A DNA stretch of 63,431 nt, filler included, from Candidatus Woesearchaeota archaeon (GTDB lineage Archaea > Nanobdellota > Nanobdellia > Woesearchaeales > GCA-2687795): the NCBI GenBank assembly GCA_030753365.1. It is 4 parts of 4 records of this genome, joined end to end, with 100 filler letters (N's around TTAATTAATTAA, not from the genome) between each part and the next. Parts side by side here need not be neighbours in the genome. Positions count along the whole stretch, not along the records: positions 1 to 24,829 come from JASMCJ010000020.1; 3 more parts are not named here. One strand, written 5' to 3'. The notes beneath the pieces were generated by a model, which was not told the origin of the DNA, did no database searches, and worked only from the letters and a program-made list of their open reading frames with translations. Position 1 is the first letter of the stretch, and each line of letters starts with the position of its first letter. A program made the translations under genes and the position numbers. Of this stretch, positions 1 to 10,100 are shown one piece after another.

Positions 1-729
1 TCTGATAATGGTTTAAGTGTTATTTCAGATGATATTTTAGTTATGGATTTGGGAACAGGCAACGTAGGTATCAACGACACCAATCCTCAGGCTAAGCTGC
101 AGGTGAACGGCTCTGGAACTACTGCAGCGTTTATGGGAGGCGACGTCGGCATCGGGACAACTAACCCTCAAACCAAACTGCATGTGAATGGTACTGGAAG
201 GTTTGAATGCGCAGCTACATGGGTTGATCAGGGCTCCTATATCGACTGCTCTGATTATGCTGAAATGTACAAAATAAACCAAGAAGAATTATTAGAGCCA
301 GGAGATGTTTTAGTTATTGGAAACAATGGACTCTTAGAAAAGTCAAAAGATGCCTATGAAACAAGAATTGCAGGCATTTATTCAACAAGCCCTGGGCAGT
401 TGATTGGCTCAAAGCAGGGCATTATAATAGGAAATTCTGCTGATTATTCTGATGATGAAGGAGTGCCTTTATCTTTAGCAGGCAGAGTACCAGTAAAAGT
501 TACGTTAGAAAATGGAAACATAGAACCAGGCGATCTTCTAACAACCTCTTCAACCCCAGGCCATGCTATGAAGTTCACTCTATTAGAATTTGAAATTGGT
601 GAATCAGAAGAAGACAGAGTTCATAAGATGAACCAAAACGAAGCAAGAAGAAACTCAATCTTAGGCAAAGCCTTAGAGCCATGTAAAGAGAAAGTGTGTA
701 AGATAACAGCTTTGGTTACTTTACAATGA
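1..729 (+). CDS. C-terminal part of a tail-fibre-like surface protein: GNVGIG repeats plus a putative intramolecular chaperone/autocleavage domain (5' truncated)
   Basis: Frame is open from base 1; GNVGINDTNP and GDVGIGTTNP repeats followed by SDYAEMY...LAGRVPVKV...IEPGDLLTTS...GHAMK...ILGKALE. Confidence 0.7.
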   Translation, partial: SDNGLSVISDDILVMDLGTGNVGINDTNPQAKLQVNGSGTTAAFMGGDVGIGTTNPQTKLHVNGTGRFECAATWVDQGSYIDCSDYAEMYKINQEELLEPGDVLVIGNNGLLEKSKDAYETRIAGIYSTSPGQLIGSKQGIIIGNSADYSDDEGVPLSLAGRVPVKVTLENGNIEPGDLLTTSSTPGHAMKFTLLEFEIGESEEDRVHKMNQNEARRNSILGKALEPCKEKVCKITALVTLQ

Positions 730-826
730 AACCAGAAAAGCCAACATTCTACACAACAAACTCAATTATCTCAAAATCAGTTAATTATATAAAGATAAAT
801 CTATTCTATACCCTTGGTGAAACAAA

Positions 827-1042
827 ATGGAGACTATAAGCCTAAATTTATTACAACAAATAGCAGAAGATATAAAATTTCTAAAGCATGAAATACTAAA
901 CATAAAAGAAGATGTAAATGAATTAAAAGACTTTGAACTAGAAGTTAAGCCAGAATACATAACAAAACTAAAAAGAATAGATAAAGAGAAAGGAATTCCA
1001 TTTAGTGATATGTCTGAATTAAGAAAGATAATTGAAGGTTAG
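827..1042 (+). CDS. Putative type II antitoxin
   Basis: 71-aa acidic helical ORF ending 1 nt before the start of a RelE-like gene. Confidence 0.65.
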   Translation: METISLNLLQQIAEDIKFLKHEILNIKEDVNELKDFELEVKPEYITKLKRIDKEKGIPFSDMSELRKIIEG

Positions 1043-1043
1043 A

Positions 1044-1316
1044 ATGTATAATTATGAGATTAAGCCCTCTTTACAAAAAATTCTTAAAAAACTGTCAAAA
1101 AAAGACAGAAAAAGGTATGAAATAATCATAAAAAAGATTAAGGAAATCATTAACCATCCAAATCCACACAATTATAAAAATCTAAAACATGATCTAAAGG
1201 AATTCAAAAGAGTGCATATTGATTCTCACTTTGTGTTAACATTTAAGGTTGATAAGGACAAGAACTCTATTCTATTTGAAGATTTTGATCATCATGATAA
1301 AATAAATTCTATATAA
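1044..1316 (+). CDS. RelE/StbE-family toxin (archaeal type)
   Basis: Basic ~90-aa protein with YKNLKHDLKEFKRVHIDSHFVLTF and FDHHDKI; ATG at 1044 coupled to the upstream ORF. Confidence 0.8.
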   Translation: MYNYEIKPSLQKILKKLSKKDRKRYEIIIKKIKEIINHPNPHNYKNLKHDLKEFKRVHIDSHFVLTFKVDKDKNSILFEDFDHHDKINSI

Positions 1317-1351
1317 TAATCTTACGAACGGCTATCCATAAGATCGAACTC

Positions 1352-2674
1352 TCAAACCTCCACCTTCTCCCCATTCCCTAACAAATGCACATTCTTCTTA
1401 GGATTGTAGCCCATCTCAACAGCAAGCTCCTGCAAAGCACTTCTCATCTCAATTCCACCATGCGCAGGAACAAGATGTTTAGGCTTAACCAAATGAATAA
1501 AATCTCTAAGGTCTTCTTTAGCGCAATGCCCGCTTACATGAATATCCTTAAAAATCCTAACACCTAAATCTTTCAAGTCTCTCTCCAACACACGACGATT
1601 TTCTTCATTTGTAGGCGTTGGTATAACCCTGCATGAAAATATAACATGATCCTCTTTCCTAAACTTAAAAATGTCACTATTAGCCATCTTAGACAATGTT
1701 GATTTAGGCTCGCCCTGATGCCCTGTAACCACTAAAAGATACTTCTCACTCCCTTTCTCTTCAATTTTTTTCAATCTCTTCTTAATCTTACTGCCATATT
1801 TCACAATTTCAACTTCTTTAGAAAAATTCACAAGCCCAATATTTTCACCAGCCTCAACATACTTAGCAAGACTTCTTCCTAAAAACACAATCTTTCTGTT
1901 AAGCTTCTTCCCAATCTCGATGATACTCTTCAATCTGGCAAGATGAGACGCAAACGTTGTAACAATAACAGCCTTTCCAACACTGTCAACACCTAACAAA
2001 ACATCTTTAAGCATCTGCTTTGCTACAGACTCTGAAGGCATCTTGCTCTCAGAAGAAGAATATGTAGAATCAACTATCGCAGCCAACACACCTTCCTTAC
2101 CAAGTTCCTTCATTCTCTTAAAATCCGGCTTCTTTCCAAGCACAGGAAACCTGTCAAACTTAAAATCGTTAGCATACAACACTTTCCCATTTTTTGTATG
2201 CACAACCGCCATCACAGTTTGAGGAGTTGAGTGCGTCATATTAACAAACTCAACCTTAATATCCTTAGAAATTCTATAACTAGAACCAGCATTAAGCACA
2301 ATAATCTTATTATTAATCTTTATTTCCTCATCTCTAAGTATGGCCTTTATAACCTCTGCAGTATAAGGACTGCAAATAATAGGCACACCAAACTTATTAG
2401 CCAGATAAGGTATGGCACCACAATGGTCAAGATGCGCATGCGTAACAATTATAGCTTTTACATTAATATCCTTAAGCACAGAAATATCAGGCACTGCCCC
2501 AACCTTCATCAGTTCATTGGCATTAATATTAACAATATCTTCATCTTCTGTATATTTAATGTAACTATCCAAATGAATCCCTAAATCAAACAGCACTGCT
2601 TCATTCCCAACTTCAAGGGCTGTACAATTCTTTCCCACTTCATCATATCCGCCTACTGCATATATTTTTACCAT
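1352..2674 (-). CDS. rnj: Ribonuclease J (metallo-beta-lactamase/beta-CASP)
   Basis: GGYDEVGKN, THAHLDHCG, HVSGH and PAHG motifs. Confidence 0.92.
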   Translation of the reverse strand: MVKIYAVGGYDEVGKNCTALEVGNEAVLFDLGIHLDSYIKYTEDEDIVNINANELMKVGAVPDISVLKDINVKAIIVTHAHLDHCGAIPYLANKFGVPIICSPYTAEVIKAILRDEEIKINNKIIVLNAGSSYRISKDIKVEFVNMTHSTPQTVMAVVHTKNGKVLYANDFKFDRFPVLGKKPDFKRMKELGKEGVLAAIVDSTYSSSESKMPSESVAKQMLKDVLLGVDSVGKAVIVTTFASHLARLKSIIEIGKKLNRKIVFLGRSLAKYVEAGENIGLVNFSKEVEIVKYGSKIKKRLKKIEEKGSEKYLLVVTGHQGEPKSTLSKMANSDIFKFRKEDHVIFSCRVIPTPTNEENRRVLERDLKDLGVRIFKDIHVSGHCAKEDLRDFIHLVKPKHLVPAHGGIEMRSALQELAVEMGYNPKKNVHLLGNGEKVEV

Positions 2675-2683
2675 TTTGACCTC

Positions 2684-2722
2684 TTACCCTTTACATTAAG
2701 GTTTTGCCATTGTAAAGGGTAA
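2684..2722. repeat. Palindromic site, copy 1 (12-bp arms, 15-bp spacer)
   Basis: TTACCCTTTACA-ttaaggttttgccat-TGTAAAGGGTAA. Confidence 0.95.
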
Positions 2723-3730
2723 CTACACCATAAAATTATTCCAATAGCCATCATCAAGCTCTTCGGCAATATAATTAACAAGCTCCTTATAAAATTTAGG
2801 CTCTATATTATTTAAATCTACGTTATTTCCCTTAGCAAGAGCATTCAAATAATCAGCTCTTCTCGATTTTTTAATTATCAAAGGAGGATATTTCTTTTTC
2901 ATCAAAATATAAATCATAAGCATTCTACCAGTTCTTCCATTTCCATCTGAAAAAGGATGTATTTTCTCAAATTTTTGATGAAAAATGGCAGCTAACGCCA
3001 AAGGATGTAACTCATCCTCATACTTTCTATACCATTTAAGTAGAATACCCATATCTGCCTTAACATAAACAAAAGGTGTTGCCTCAAACGCTGACTTAAA
3101 AACTCTTATATCATGCTGCCTATAGCCTTTTCTAGTATCAATATTTTCCATGAGTTTATCATGGACAGAAACTATAAATTCATTATCCAAACTAGCTATA
3201 GAATTAATAATCTCAAAAAAGACTTTTTCTGTATTCTGTAGGTCAAACACTTCCCTTAAATTTTTATCTTTTGGGGTTAAATTTTCTCTAAGCAATCTGT
3301 CTGCTTCCATTAAAGTGATAGTATTTCCTTCAAGTGAAGTAGTATTGAAAGCAAAATCTATCAGGAAATTCTTATATGCTTCACTAACTGTTTTTTCATC
3401 CAATTTTAGAAATTTCTTATTGAAATGCTCTTTAATTGCCTCAACTTTATCCAATAAATCCTTCTCTAAATAGTCATCTTCTTTTAACTTAAGCTCTTTA
3501 ATCTTTTTAAGATAATGTTCTGATTCAATATACTTCTTAATGTCCCTATAAGCTTTTCTTACTTCTTTTTTATAAATAACTGGTAATTTTTTCAGTTTAG
3601 GCTCAATCTTAGAAACATCACTGCCAAGATAGGCTATATCTTTGACTATTATTTTGCCTTTAATTCTCTTTGAAATCCTTAAATAATAATAAGGCTTTTC
3701 CTGAATTATTTTCTTATAAATATATACCAT
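2723..3730 (-). CDS. Fic-domain protein (class II, intramolecular inhibitory motif) with an N-terminal basic beta-sheet domain
   Basis: Canonical Fic motif HPFSDGNGRTGR; inhibitory motif TTSLEG. Confidence 0.92.
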   Translation of the reverse strand: MVYIYKKIIQEKPYYYLRISKRIKGKIIVKDIAYLGSDVSKIEPKLKKLPVIYKKEVRKAYRDIKKYIESEHYLKKIKELKLKEDDYLEKDLLDKVEAIKEHFNKKFLKLDEKTVSEAYKNFLIDFAFNTTSLEGNTITLMEADRLLRENLTPKDKNLREVFDLQNTEKVFFEIINSIASLDNEFIVSVHDKLMENIDTRKGYRQHDIRVFKSAFEATPFVYVKADMGILLKWYRKYEDELHPLALAAIFHQKFEKIHPFSDGNGRTGRMLMIYILMKKKYPPLIIKKSRRADYLNALAKGNNVDLNNIEPKFYKELVNYIAEELDDGYWNNFMV

Positions 3731-3750
3731 ATAAGATAGAAAATCGAACT

Positions 3751-3762
3751 CATATATATATC
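3751..3762 (-). promoter_or_regulatory. Probable TATA box of the leaderless fic gene, abutting palindromic site copy 2
   Basis: Minus-strand GATATATATATG ~20 nt upstream of the fic ATG. Confidence 0.5.
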
Positions 3763-3801
3763 TTACCCTTTACATTAGTAAAATTAGATTGTAAAGGGTA
3801 A
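3763..3801. repeat. Palindromic site, copy 2 (12-bp arms, 15-bp spacer)
   Basis: TTACCCTTTACA-ttagtaaaattagat-TGTAAAGGGTAA; arms identical to copy 1. Confidence 0.95.
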
Positions 3802-4260
3802 CTATTTTTTAACCAGCCTCACAACCTCTTTTGGAACAAGCTTTTCCCAACCTTTACTATTCAACAATTTCCTTACTTTTGTAGAAGAAACCCCTTCAAG
3901 CATCTTAACCTTTTTAACCTCAACCCCTTTCTCCTTAAACAACCTTATAACCAAAGGATTTGAAGAATACACAACATCAAATTTAGGAACTAAAACCTTC
4001 ACATGCTCCACCCATTTCTTGTCATTAGGAACATCAGGTATAGGAAATATAGTATAACCACCAATATCTAAACTAACCAATGTTTCTTCTATCATCTTAA
4101 ACCTTTCCTCAAACGTGAAAGGATTTCCCTTAACACCAGCCTTTTTAGAACTTCCCACACATATCACAATCTTATCAACTTTTCTAAGTATCTGCCTTAT
4201 AGCAGATAAGTGCCCTTTATGAAAAGGCTGAAACCTTCCTATGAACAATGCAATCACCAT
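3802..4260 (-). CDS. nadM: Nicotinamide-nucleotide adenylyltransferase
   Basis: FIGRFQPFHKGH, NPFTFEER and SSTKVR motifs. Confidence 0.85.
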   Translation of the reverse strand: MVIALFIGRFQPFHKGHLSAIRQILRKVDKIVICVGSSKKAGVKGNPFTFEERFKMIEETLVSLDIGGYTIFPIPDVPNDKKWVEHVKVLVPKFDVVYSSNPLVIRLFKEKGVEVKKVKMLEGVSSTKVRKLLNSKGWEKLVPKEVVRLVKK

Positions 4261-4322
4261 ATTACATATAATATTAGGAAAGCTTTATTAAGTTTTCTTC
4301 ATAACCCTTGTTTAGGGGTAAA

Positions 4323-5516
4323 ATGATAGTTGGCGTAGTAGGTAAAGCAAACGTTGGAAAGAGCACTTTCTTTAAGGCACTCACTTTAGCAGATGTAGAG
4401 ATAGCAAATTATCCTTTCGCAACAATAAAACCAAATTCTGGAATTGCCCATGTAAGAATAGACTGTATTGACACTGAATTCAATGTCCAGTGCAACCCAA
4501 GGGAAGGCTATTGCATCAACCATCAAAGGTTTGTTCCCATAGAACTAATAGACGTTGCCGGTTTAGTCCCTGGAGCTTATGAAGGCAAGGGCATGGGCAA
4601 CCAATTCTTAGATGACTTAAGGCAGGCTGATGCTTTAATCCATGTAATAGACATCTCAGGCTCAACAAATGATAAGGGAGAACCTGTAAAACCAGGCACA
4701 AGAGACCCTATAGAAGACATCAAATTCTTAGAGGTAGAGATGGATATGTGGTATCTAGGCATCCTAAAGAAAGGCTGGGAAAAGTTCGCAAGAACAGTCC
4801 AGCAGGAGCACCAGGATATAAAGAAAGCATTAACAGACCAGCTCTCAGGCTTGGGAGTCACCGAAGAAATGGTAGAATCCACATTAAAAGGCATGGATGA
4901 AACCAACTACACCAAATGGACTGAACAACACTTAAAAGATATAGCTACGAATCTAAGAAAGAAGACAAAGCCTATGATAATCGCTGCCAACAAGATAGAC
5001 ATTCCCGGAGCAGAAGATAACCTAAAAAGAATAAAAGAAGAATTCCCTAACTATATCATAATCCCCTGCTCAGCTGAGTCAGAGCTTGCCATAAAAGAGG
5101 CTGCAAAAGAAGATTTGATAGAATACCTGCCAGGAGACAATGATTTCAAAATATTAGAAGAAACCAAGTTAAATGAAAAGCAGAAGAAAGCATTAAACTT
5201 TGTAAAAGAAAACATATTAAAAAAGTACAACTCAACAGGCGTCCAGGAAATCATAAACAAAGCCACTTTTCAATTATTAAAGCTAATAGCAATTTTCCCA
5301 GGCGGCGTGAACAAGCTTGAAGACCAGCATGGAAATATTTTGCCAGACTGTTTTCTTCTAAAAGAAGGCTCAACAGCCTTAGACTTTGCCTACAAAATTC
5401 ACACTGACTTAGGAGACAAGTTCATAAGAGCCATAGACGTAAAAACCAAGAGAACTGTGGGAAAAGAGCATATTCTAAAGCACAGAGACGTTGTTGAGAT
5501 AATAACTGCTAAATAA
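4323..5516 (+). CDS. ychF: YchF/Obg-family translation-associated GTPase/ATPase (archaeal)
   Basis: GKANVGKST, ANYPFATI, DVAGLV, NKID and a C-terminal TGS domain. Confidence 0.9.
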   Translation: MIVGVVGKANVGKSTFFKALTLADVEIANYPFATIKPNSGIAHVRIDCIDTEFNVQCNPREGYCINHQRFVPIELIDVAGLVPGAYEGKGMGNQFLDDLRQADALIHVIDISGSTNDKGEPVKPGTRDPIEDIKFLEVEMDMWYLGILKKGWEKFARTVQQEHQDIKKALTDQLSGLGVTEEMVESTLKGMDETNYTKWTEQHLKDIATNLRKKTKPMIIAANKIDIPGAEDNLKRIKEEFPNYIIIPCSAESELAIKEAAKEDLIEYLPGDNDFKILEETKLNEKQKKALNFVKENILKKYNSTGVQEIINKATFQLLKLIAIFPGGVNKLEDQHGNILPDCFLLKEGSTALDFAYKIHTDLGDKFIRAIDVKTKRTVGKEHILKHRDVVEIITAK

Positions 5517-5568
5517 GCCCTACAAACCGTTACCTTTATAAATAATTCTCTCATCCTCTTATATTAGA

Positions 5569-6165
5569 ATGATTAAAAAAACCGGTAAGAAGTCTTGGTA
5601 TAAGGTAAAAGAGCCTAAAATATTAAGAGGCCAGGTAATAGGCGAATTAACTGCCTTTGACCCTCAAAGCGTAATAGGCAGAAAACTAAGCCTTAACCTT
5701 ATGAGCATTACTGATAACCCTAAGCTTCAGCACATAGACCTTAACTTCTTAATAGACGGCATTGAAAACAATGAGCTAAAGGCAAGTATCACAGGTTATT
5801 CATTTTCAACCGCTTCAATAAAAAGGTTAGTTAAGAGAGGAAGCAAAAGGGTTGACGACTCTTACGAGTGCAAGACAAAAGACAACTTCAAAGTCAGAAT
5901 AAAATCATTTTTCGTAACAAGATCATACACATCCAACTTAATTGGCAGAAAGATAAGAAAGACTGCCAGGGAAAATACAATCGATATGGTAAGCAAGCTG
6001 GACTTTGACACGCTTATCAATGACACTCTTGATCACAAACTCCAGAACGATCTTAAAAAGCTGTTAAACAAGGTTCATCCATTAAAAGCATGCGAAATAA
6101 GAGTTCTGGAAAAGATAATTCCAGCAAAAGCTGAAGAAAAGACTGACAAACCTTCAAAGAAGTAA
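5569..6165 (+). CDS. rps3ae: 30S ribosomal protein S3ae (eS1)
   Basis: KKSWYKVKEP, RLVKRGSKRVD and KVHPLKACEIR motifs; size fits. Confidence 0.8.
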   Translation: MIKKTGKKSWYKVKEPKILRGQVIGELTAFDPQSVIGRKLSLNLMSITDNPKLQHIDLNFLIDGIENNELKASITGYSFSTASIKRLVKRGSKRVDDSYECKTKDNFKVRIKSFFVTRSYTSNLIGRKIRKTARENTIDMVSKLDFDTLINDTLDHKLQNDLKKLLNKVHPLKACEIRVLEKIIPAKAEEKTDKPSKK

Positions 6166-6188
6166 GTTAATCTACAAATCACTTTCAT

Positions 6189-6947
6189 ATGAAAAAAGCA
6201 ATATTTTCTATCCTAATATTAATATTGAGCATAAGCATAGCATCTGCATCAATAGATGTTGAATACAGATGTCATTCTAAAAACTGCCTTGAAGGTACAG
6301 ATATTGATTATAGTTTCATCATTTATAATAACATTGACAAGAAGATTGATATAAAAGACGTCTTTCTCAAAGAAACAGAAACCAATAGAATCCTTGAATA
6401 CTATGAGATAAGCGAGAGAATTCTCCCTAAAGAAAGTAAGTCTTTCAATTTCACCTCAAAAATAAAAGCTCCAAACAAAGGCTACACTTTCTATTTTTAC
6501 CCATGCTTCACTACTGTTATTTCAAACCAAAGTCATATAACCGAAGCAGGAACAGTCTGCGGAGAGGTTGTAAAAAGCTTTACAACCATACCATTATCAA
6601 AGATTGAATGCACCACAGATAAAGAATGTTCAAACAATGAATACTGCAACACCGACCTGTTAAAATGCAAGCCTACTGAATGCCAACGCTTTGAAATAAT
6701 CAGAAACCATAAATGCGCAGGCTTAAGCATATACATACTTCCTCTGCTTGGCATAATCATCATCTTAATTGTTATAACACTTTTTAGAAGAAAGCATAAA
6801 AAAGGGGATGAGAATGAAGAAAATGAAGAAGAAAGCGAAACTAAGCTTAATTCTGAAGAAGATATTGCCACAGAAGACAATAATATTGAAGAAGAAAGCA
6901 ATGATAACGAAGACAAAGAAGAGCAGTATCAACATCCATTAGATTAA
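6189..6947 (+). CDS. Single-pass membrane protein (signal peptide, Ig-like and Cys-rich ectodomain, acidic tail)
   Basis: N-terminal hydrophobic signal, Cys cluster, C-terminal TM helix, E/D-rich tail. Confidence 0.75.
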   Translation: MKKAIFSILILILSISIASASIDVEYRCHSKNCLEGTDIDYSFIIYNNIDKKIDIKDVFLKETETNRILEYYEISERILPKESKSFNFTSKIKAPNKGYTFYFYPCFTTVISNQSHITEAGTVCGEVVKSFTTIPLSKIECTTDKECSNNEYCNTDLLKCKPTECQRFEIIRNHKCAGLSIYILPLLGIIIILIVITLFRRKHKKGDENEENEEESETKLNSEEDIATEDNNIEEESNDNEDKEEQYQHPLD

Positions 6948-6951
6948 ATCT

Positions 6952-7140
6952 TTATTTTTCTTTACCAACAACATAAAAAGAATACATACTTACTGGGCAA
7001 TACTTTGGGTACTGTTTATTCATATCATCTGTTATGCATCTCTCACAACCATACTTAGTCACATAACCACTTCCAACTATTTTATGCCTGAACACCTGAT
7101 GCAAACATTTAACCTGAGAATCAACGCTTTTTCCTTCCAT
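6952..7140 (-). CDS. Small Cys-containing hypothetical protein
   Basis: 62-aa ORF overlapping the end of the upstream gene by 20 nt; CERC motif. Confidence 0.45.
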   Translation of the reverse strand: MEGKSVDSQVKCLHQVFRHKIVGSGYVTKYGCERCITDDMNKQYPKYCPVSMYSFYVVGKEK

Positions 7141-10100
7141 TAATCTTCTTCTTAGACACCTTAAATCCCGTTTTTTTCTTCTCTTCTTTTTTTATTTCAG
7201 AGTTTCCATCTTCTTCTTTAGAACTATCTTTTTCCTTCTCAGAATTTTCTTTATTTGTATCCTCTTCAAGGAAAGCAATGATTTGTTTCTTAAACCTAAG
7301 AAACAGGATAATCATTAATAATATAAACAAGCCAAGCATTATATATCCTATATACTCCATAAAAGATTCCTTCAGTCTTTTTATCTGCTTTGACACAAAC
7401 CCTTTCATACCCAAAACTCTGGAATTCAAGCCTCCAAATAAAGTCTCAGGCATATCTGTCACAATAAGCGTTACATTATTGCTCTTAACAATCCCTCCTT
7501 TTCCATCATCAGCTATAAAAAACACTTCTTCTCTTCCATACCAATCTTTATTAGGCTTCAGCCTTGCAACTCCGTCATTAATAGTAATCGTTACATTTCC
7601 TGACAAACTGCTTGAATAAGCCAATTCATCATTATCAGGATCCTTAAAATATTCATCAAGATTTATACTTAGAATTGTATCCTCTTCCCACACCTGCGTT
7701 TTTATCCCTGTTTCATTAGCAGGTATAACAGGTAAAGGTTCTTCAATTTCTGTAACATTCTTTTCCACGCTTACATTCCTAACCTTCTCCATAAGATAAG
7801 GCGCTGTTTTAGCAGAATAATATCCCGCAATCGCAAGCACACCAAGAACCAAGACTATTAATATCAGATTCTTAACTTTTCCTTTAAACTTCTTTTTCCT
7901 AACCAACTTTTTGGTCTTTGCAAACTCTCCTTTTACTTTAACTTCTCTCTTTACTTTCTTGCCTTTTCCTTTTTTCTTATCTTCATTTTCTTCTTTAGCA
8001 GCTTCCCTCTTTTTTCTGATTATATCCAAAACAACCAGGCTGAACAACGCTCCAAGCCCTATACCAATATACATCAAATATCCCTTAACAAAGCCATATG
8101 CCTTACTCAAAACATTCTTAGAAACATTAAGCGCATTGCCCATACCATCCTTCACCTTTTCACCAGCAGTATCAAATAATGACATTGTTACATTCTCAGA
8201 AACCGAAGCATTCACGCCTTCAGGAACAACAGAAGGTTTTATGAACCTAAACGCAAAGAACACTCCTGCGCCAATAACTATCGCAATAAGCAGATAACCA
8301 AGAGCTTTCTTTAAGTTAAACTCTTGTTTTTCATTTTCAATCTCAATAGACTCCTCTTCTTTCTTTTTGTCTTTTTTTGCAACCTTCTTCTCTACTTTTG
8401 CCTTTTCTTCCTTATCTTCAGCCACAAGCCCCTCTTTTTTCTTAGACCTGATTATATTCAACACCACAACCAAAACAATTAATGAAACAAAACCTATTGC
8501 AATATACAAAACATACCCTTTCAATAAAGCAAAAACTCTGCCAAATATTTTATATTTAACACCAAAGAATATCAACGCTCCAAGAATAACCGCAATAAAA
8601 ACATAAAGAATAATCTTCCATGGAATCTCTATTTTGTCATCTTTCTCTATTTCTACCGGCTTTTCTTCTCTTACCTTCTTCTTTTTTATTTTCTTTTCTA
8701 TTTTTCTTTCTTCTTCAGCTTTTTTCTGGACTTCTGATTTTATTTCTTTTATTTTTTCTTCTTCAACAACATCAACCTCTTTTTCATACAATTTCTTAGC
8801 CTTTCTTCTGGAAACTGTCCCTAACACCACTACCAATCCCAATAAAACTACAATCCCTCCAGTAAAATACCACATATAATCCTTAGCAAAGTCAAGAACA
8901 TCAACAGTCTTTCCCATCATAAGGCCAACAAAATTAGAAATTTTGCCTGGCTTCCTCAACCTTATCTCAACATCCTGCTGATAACTTTTCCCGCTTTGAT
9001 TCGCCAGCACATTAACAATTGCCCTATAACTTCCCTGATCCACGCTCTCTTCAGGAGATGTGCGCAAATATACTGTACCTTCTTCATCAGGCTTAACAAC
9101 AATACTGGATGGCTCAATAGACACCCAGTCTCCTTCTTTCCATTCCATACTCAATGTATATGCTGCTTCCTTGCTCCCTTCATTCTTAATAACTATTGGA
9201 GTCTCAATCCTTGAATAATTTATTTTAACTCTTTTCCCAGATACAATAAAGGGCTTATAACAATTATCTAACCTAACAGAAAACTCTCCTTTCTTCTCAA
9301 CCCCTCCTTTCAAGCTTTTAACATTCAATGTAAGATTATAATCATCATTCTTCACTCCTTCAGTCTCAATAACTACACCAACAATCCCTTCCTGGCTCCC
9401 ATTCAATAACAATTCTTTCTTATCCAGTCTTGCCCATTTTTTCCCTTCAAGCTCAAAACTATACTTATTTTGCTCACCAATCTCATTTTTTATAAGAACA
9501 GGCACCATTACAGGCTTCTCATTCTCACACAATTCATAAGCAGATGACCCATAACTCCTAAAGCCAACCTCTTTATTTTCTTCCAATAAAACAGGCTTTC
9601 CAAGCCCCATGCTATAATTAAAACAAGAGCCTAACACATTTATTTTAAGAGGGTATGTTGCCTTTAGCTGACTGTTTTCCATACCAACTCCTAAGCTAAC
9701 AACTTGTTGCCCTGAAATCTCACAGGGAGAATTTATATACATAGAAAATGGATTTTCCTGTCCTGGAGCTAACCCCAGCCTATTAGAAGTTAAAGTCACC
9801 CAATCTTTGAAAGCTTCTTCAACACCAAAATTATAAATCTCATAAAATGAGCCTGTGTTCTTAACCTCAAACTCATAATACATAAGCGAGCAAGGGCAGC
9901 CAGTGTTATCAAAACTCTTAAGCTCCATTTCAAGATTAAGGCATTTATTCAAAGAAATCTTCTGAACCAGCCGCTTCTTCAGCCCTTTTTCTGTGCTTAT
10001 CAGTGTACCCACATCAAAATTGCCAGTAGCCCCACATTCAGGCTGTATATAAGAATTCACAGAAGCTTCTTCATCAGGAGCTAACACAAGAAAGTCAGGA

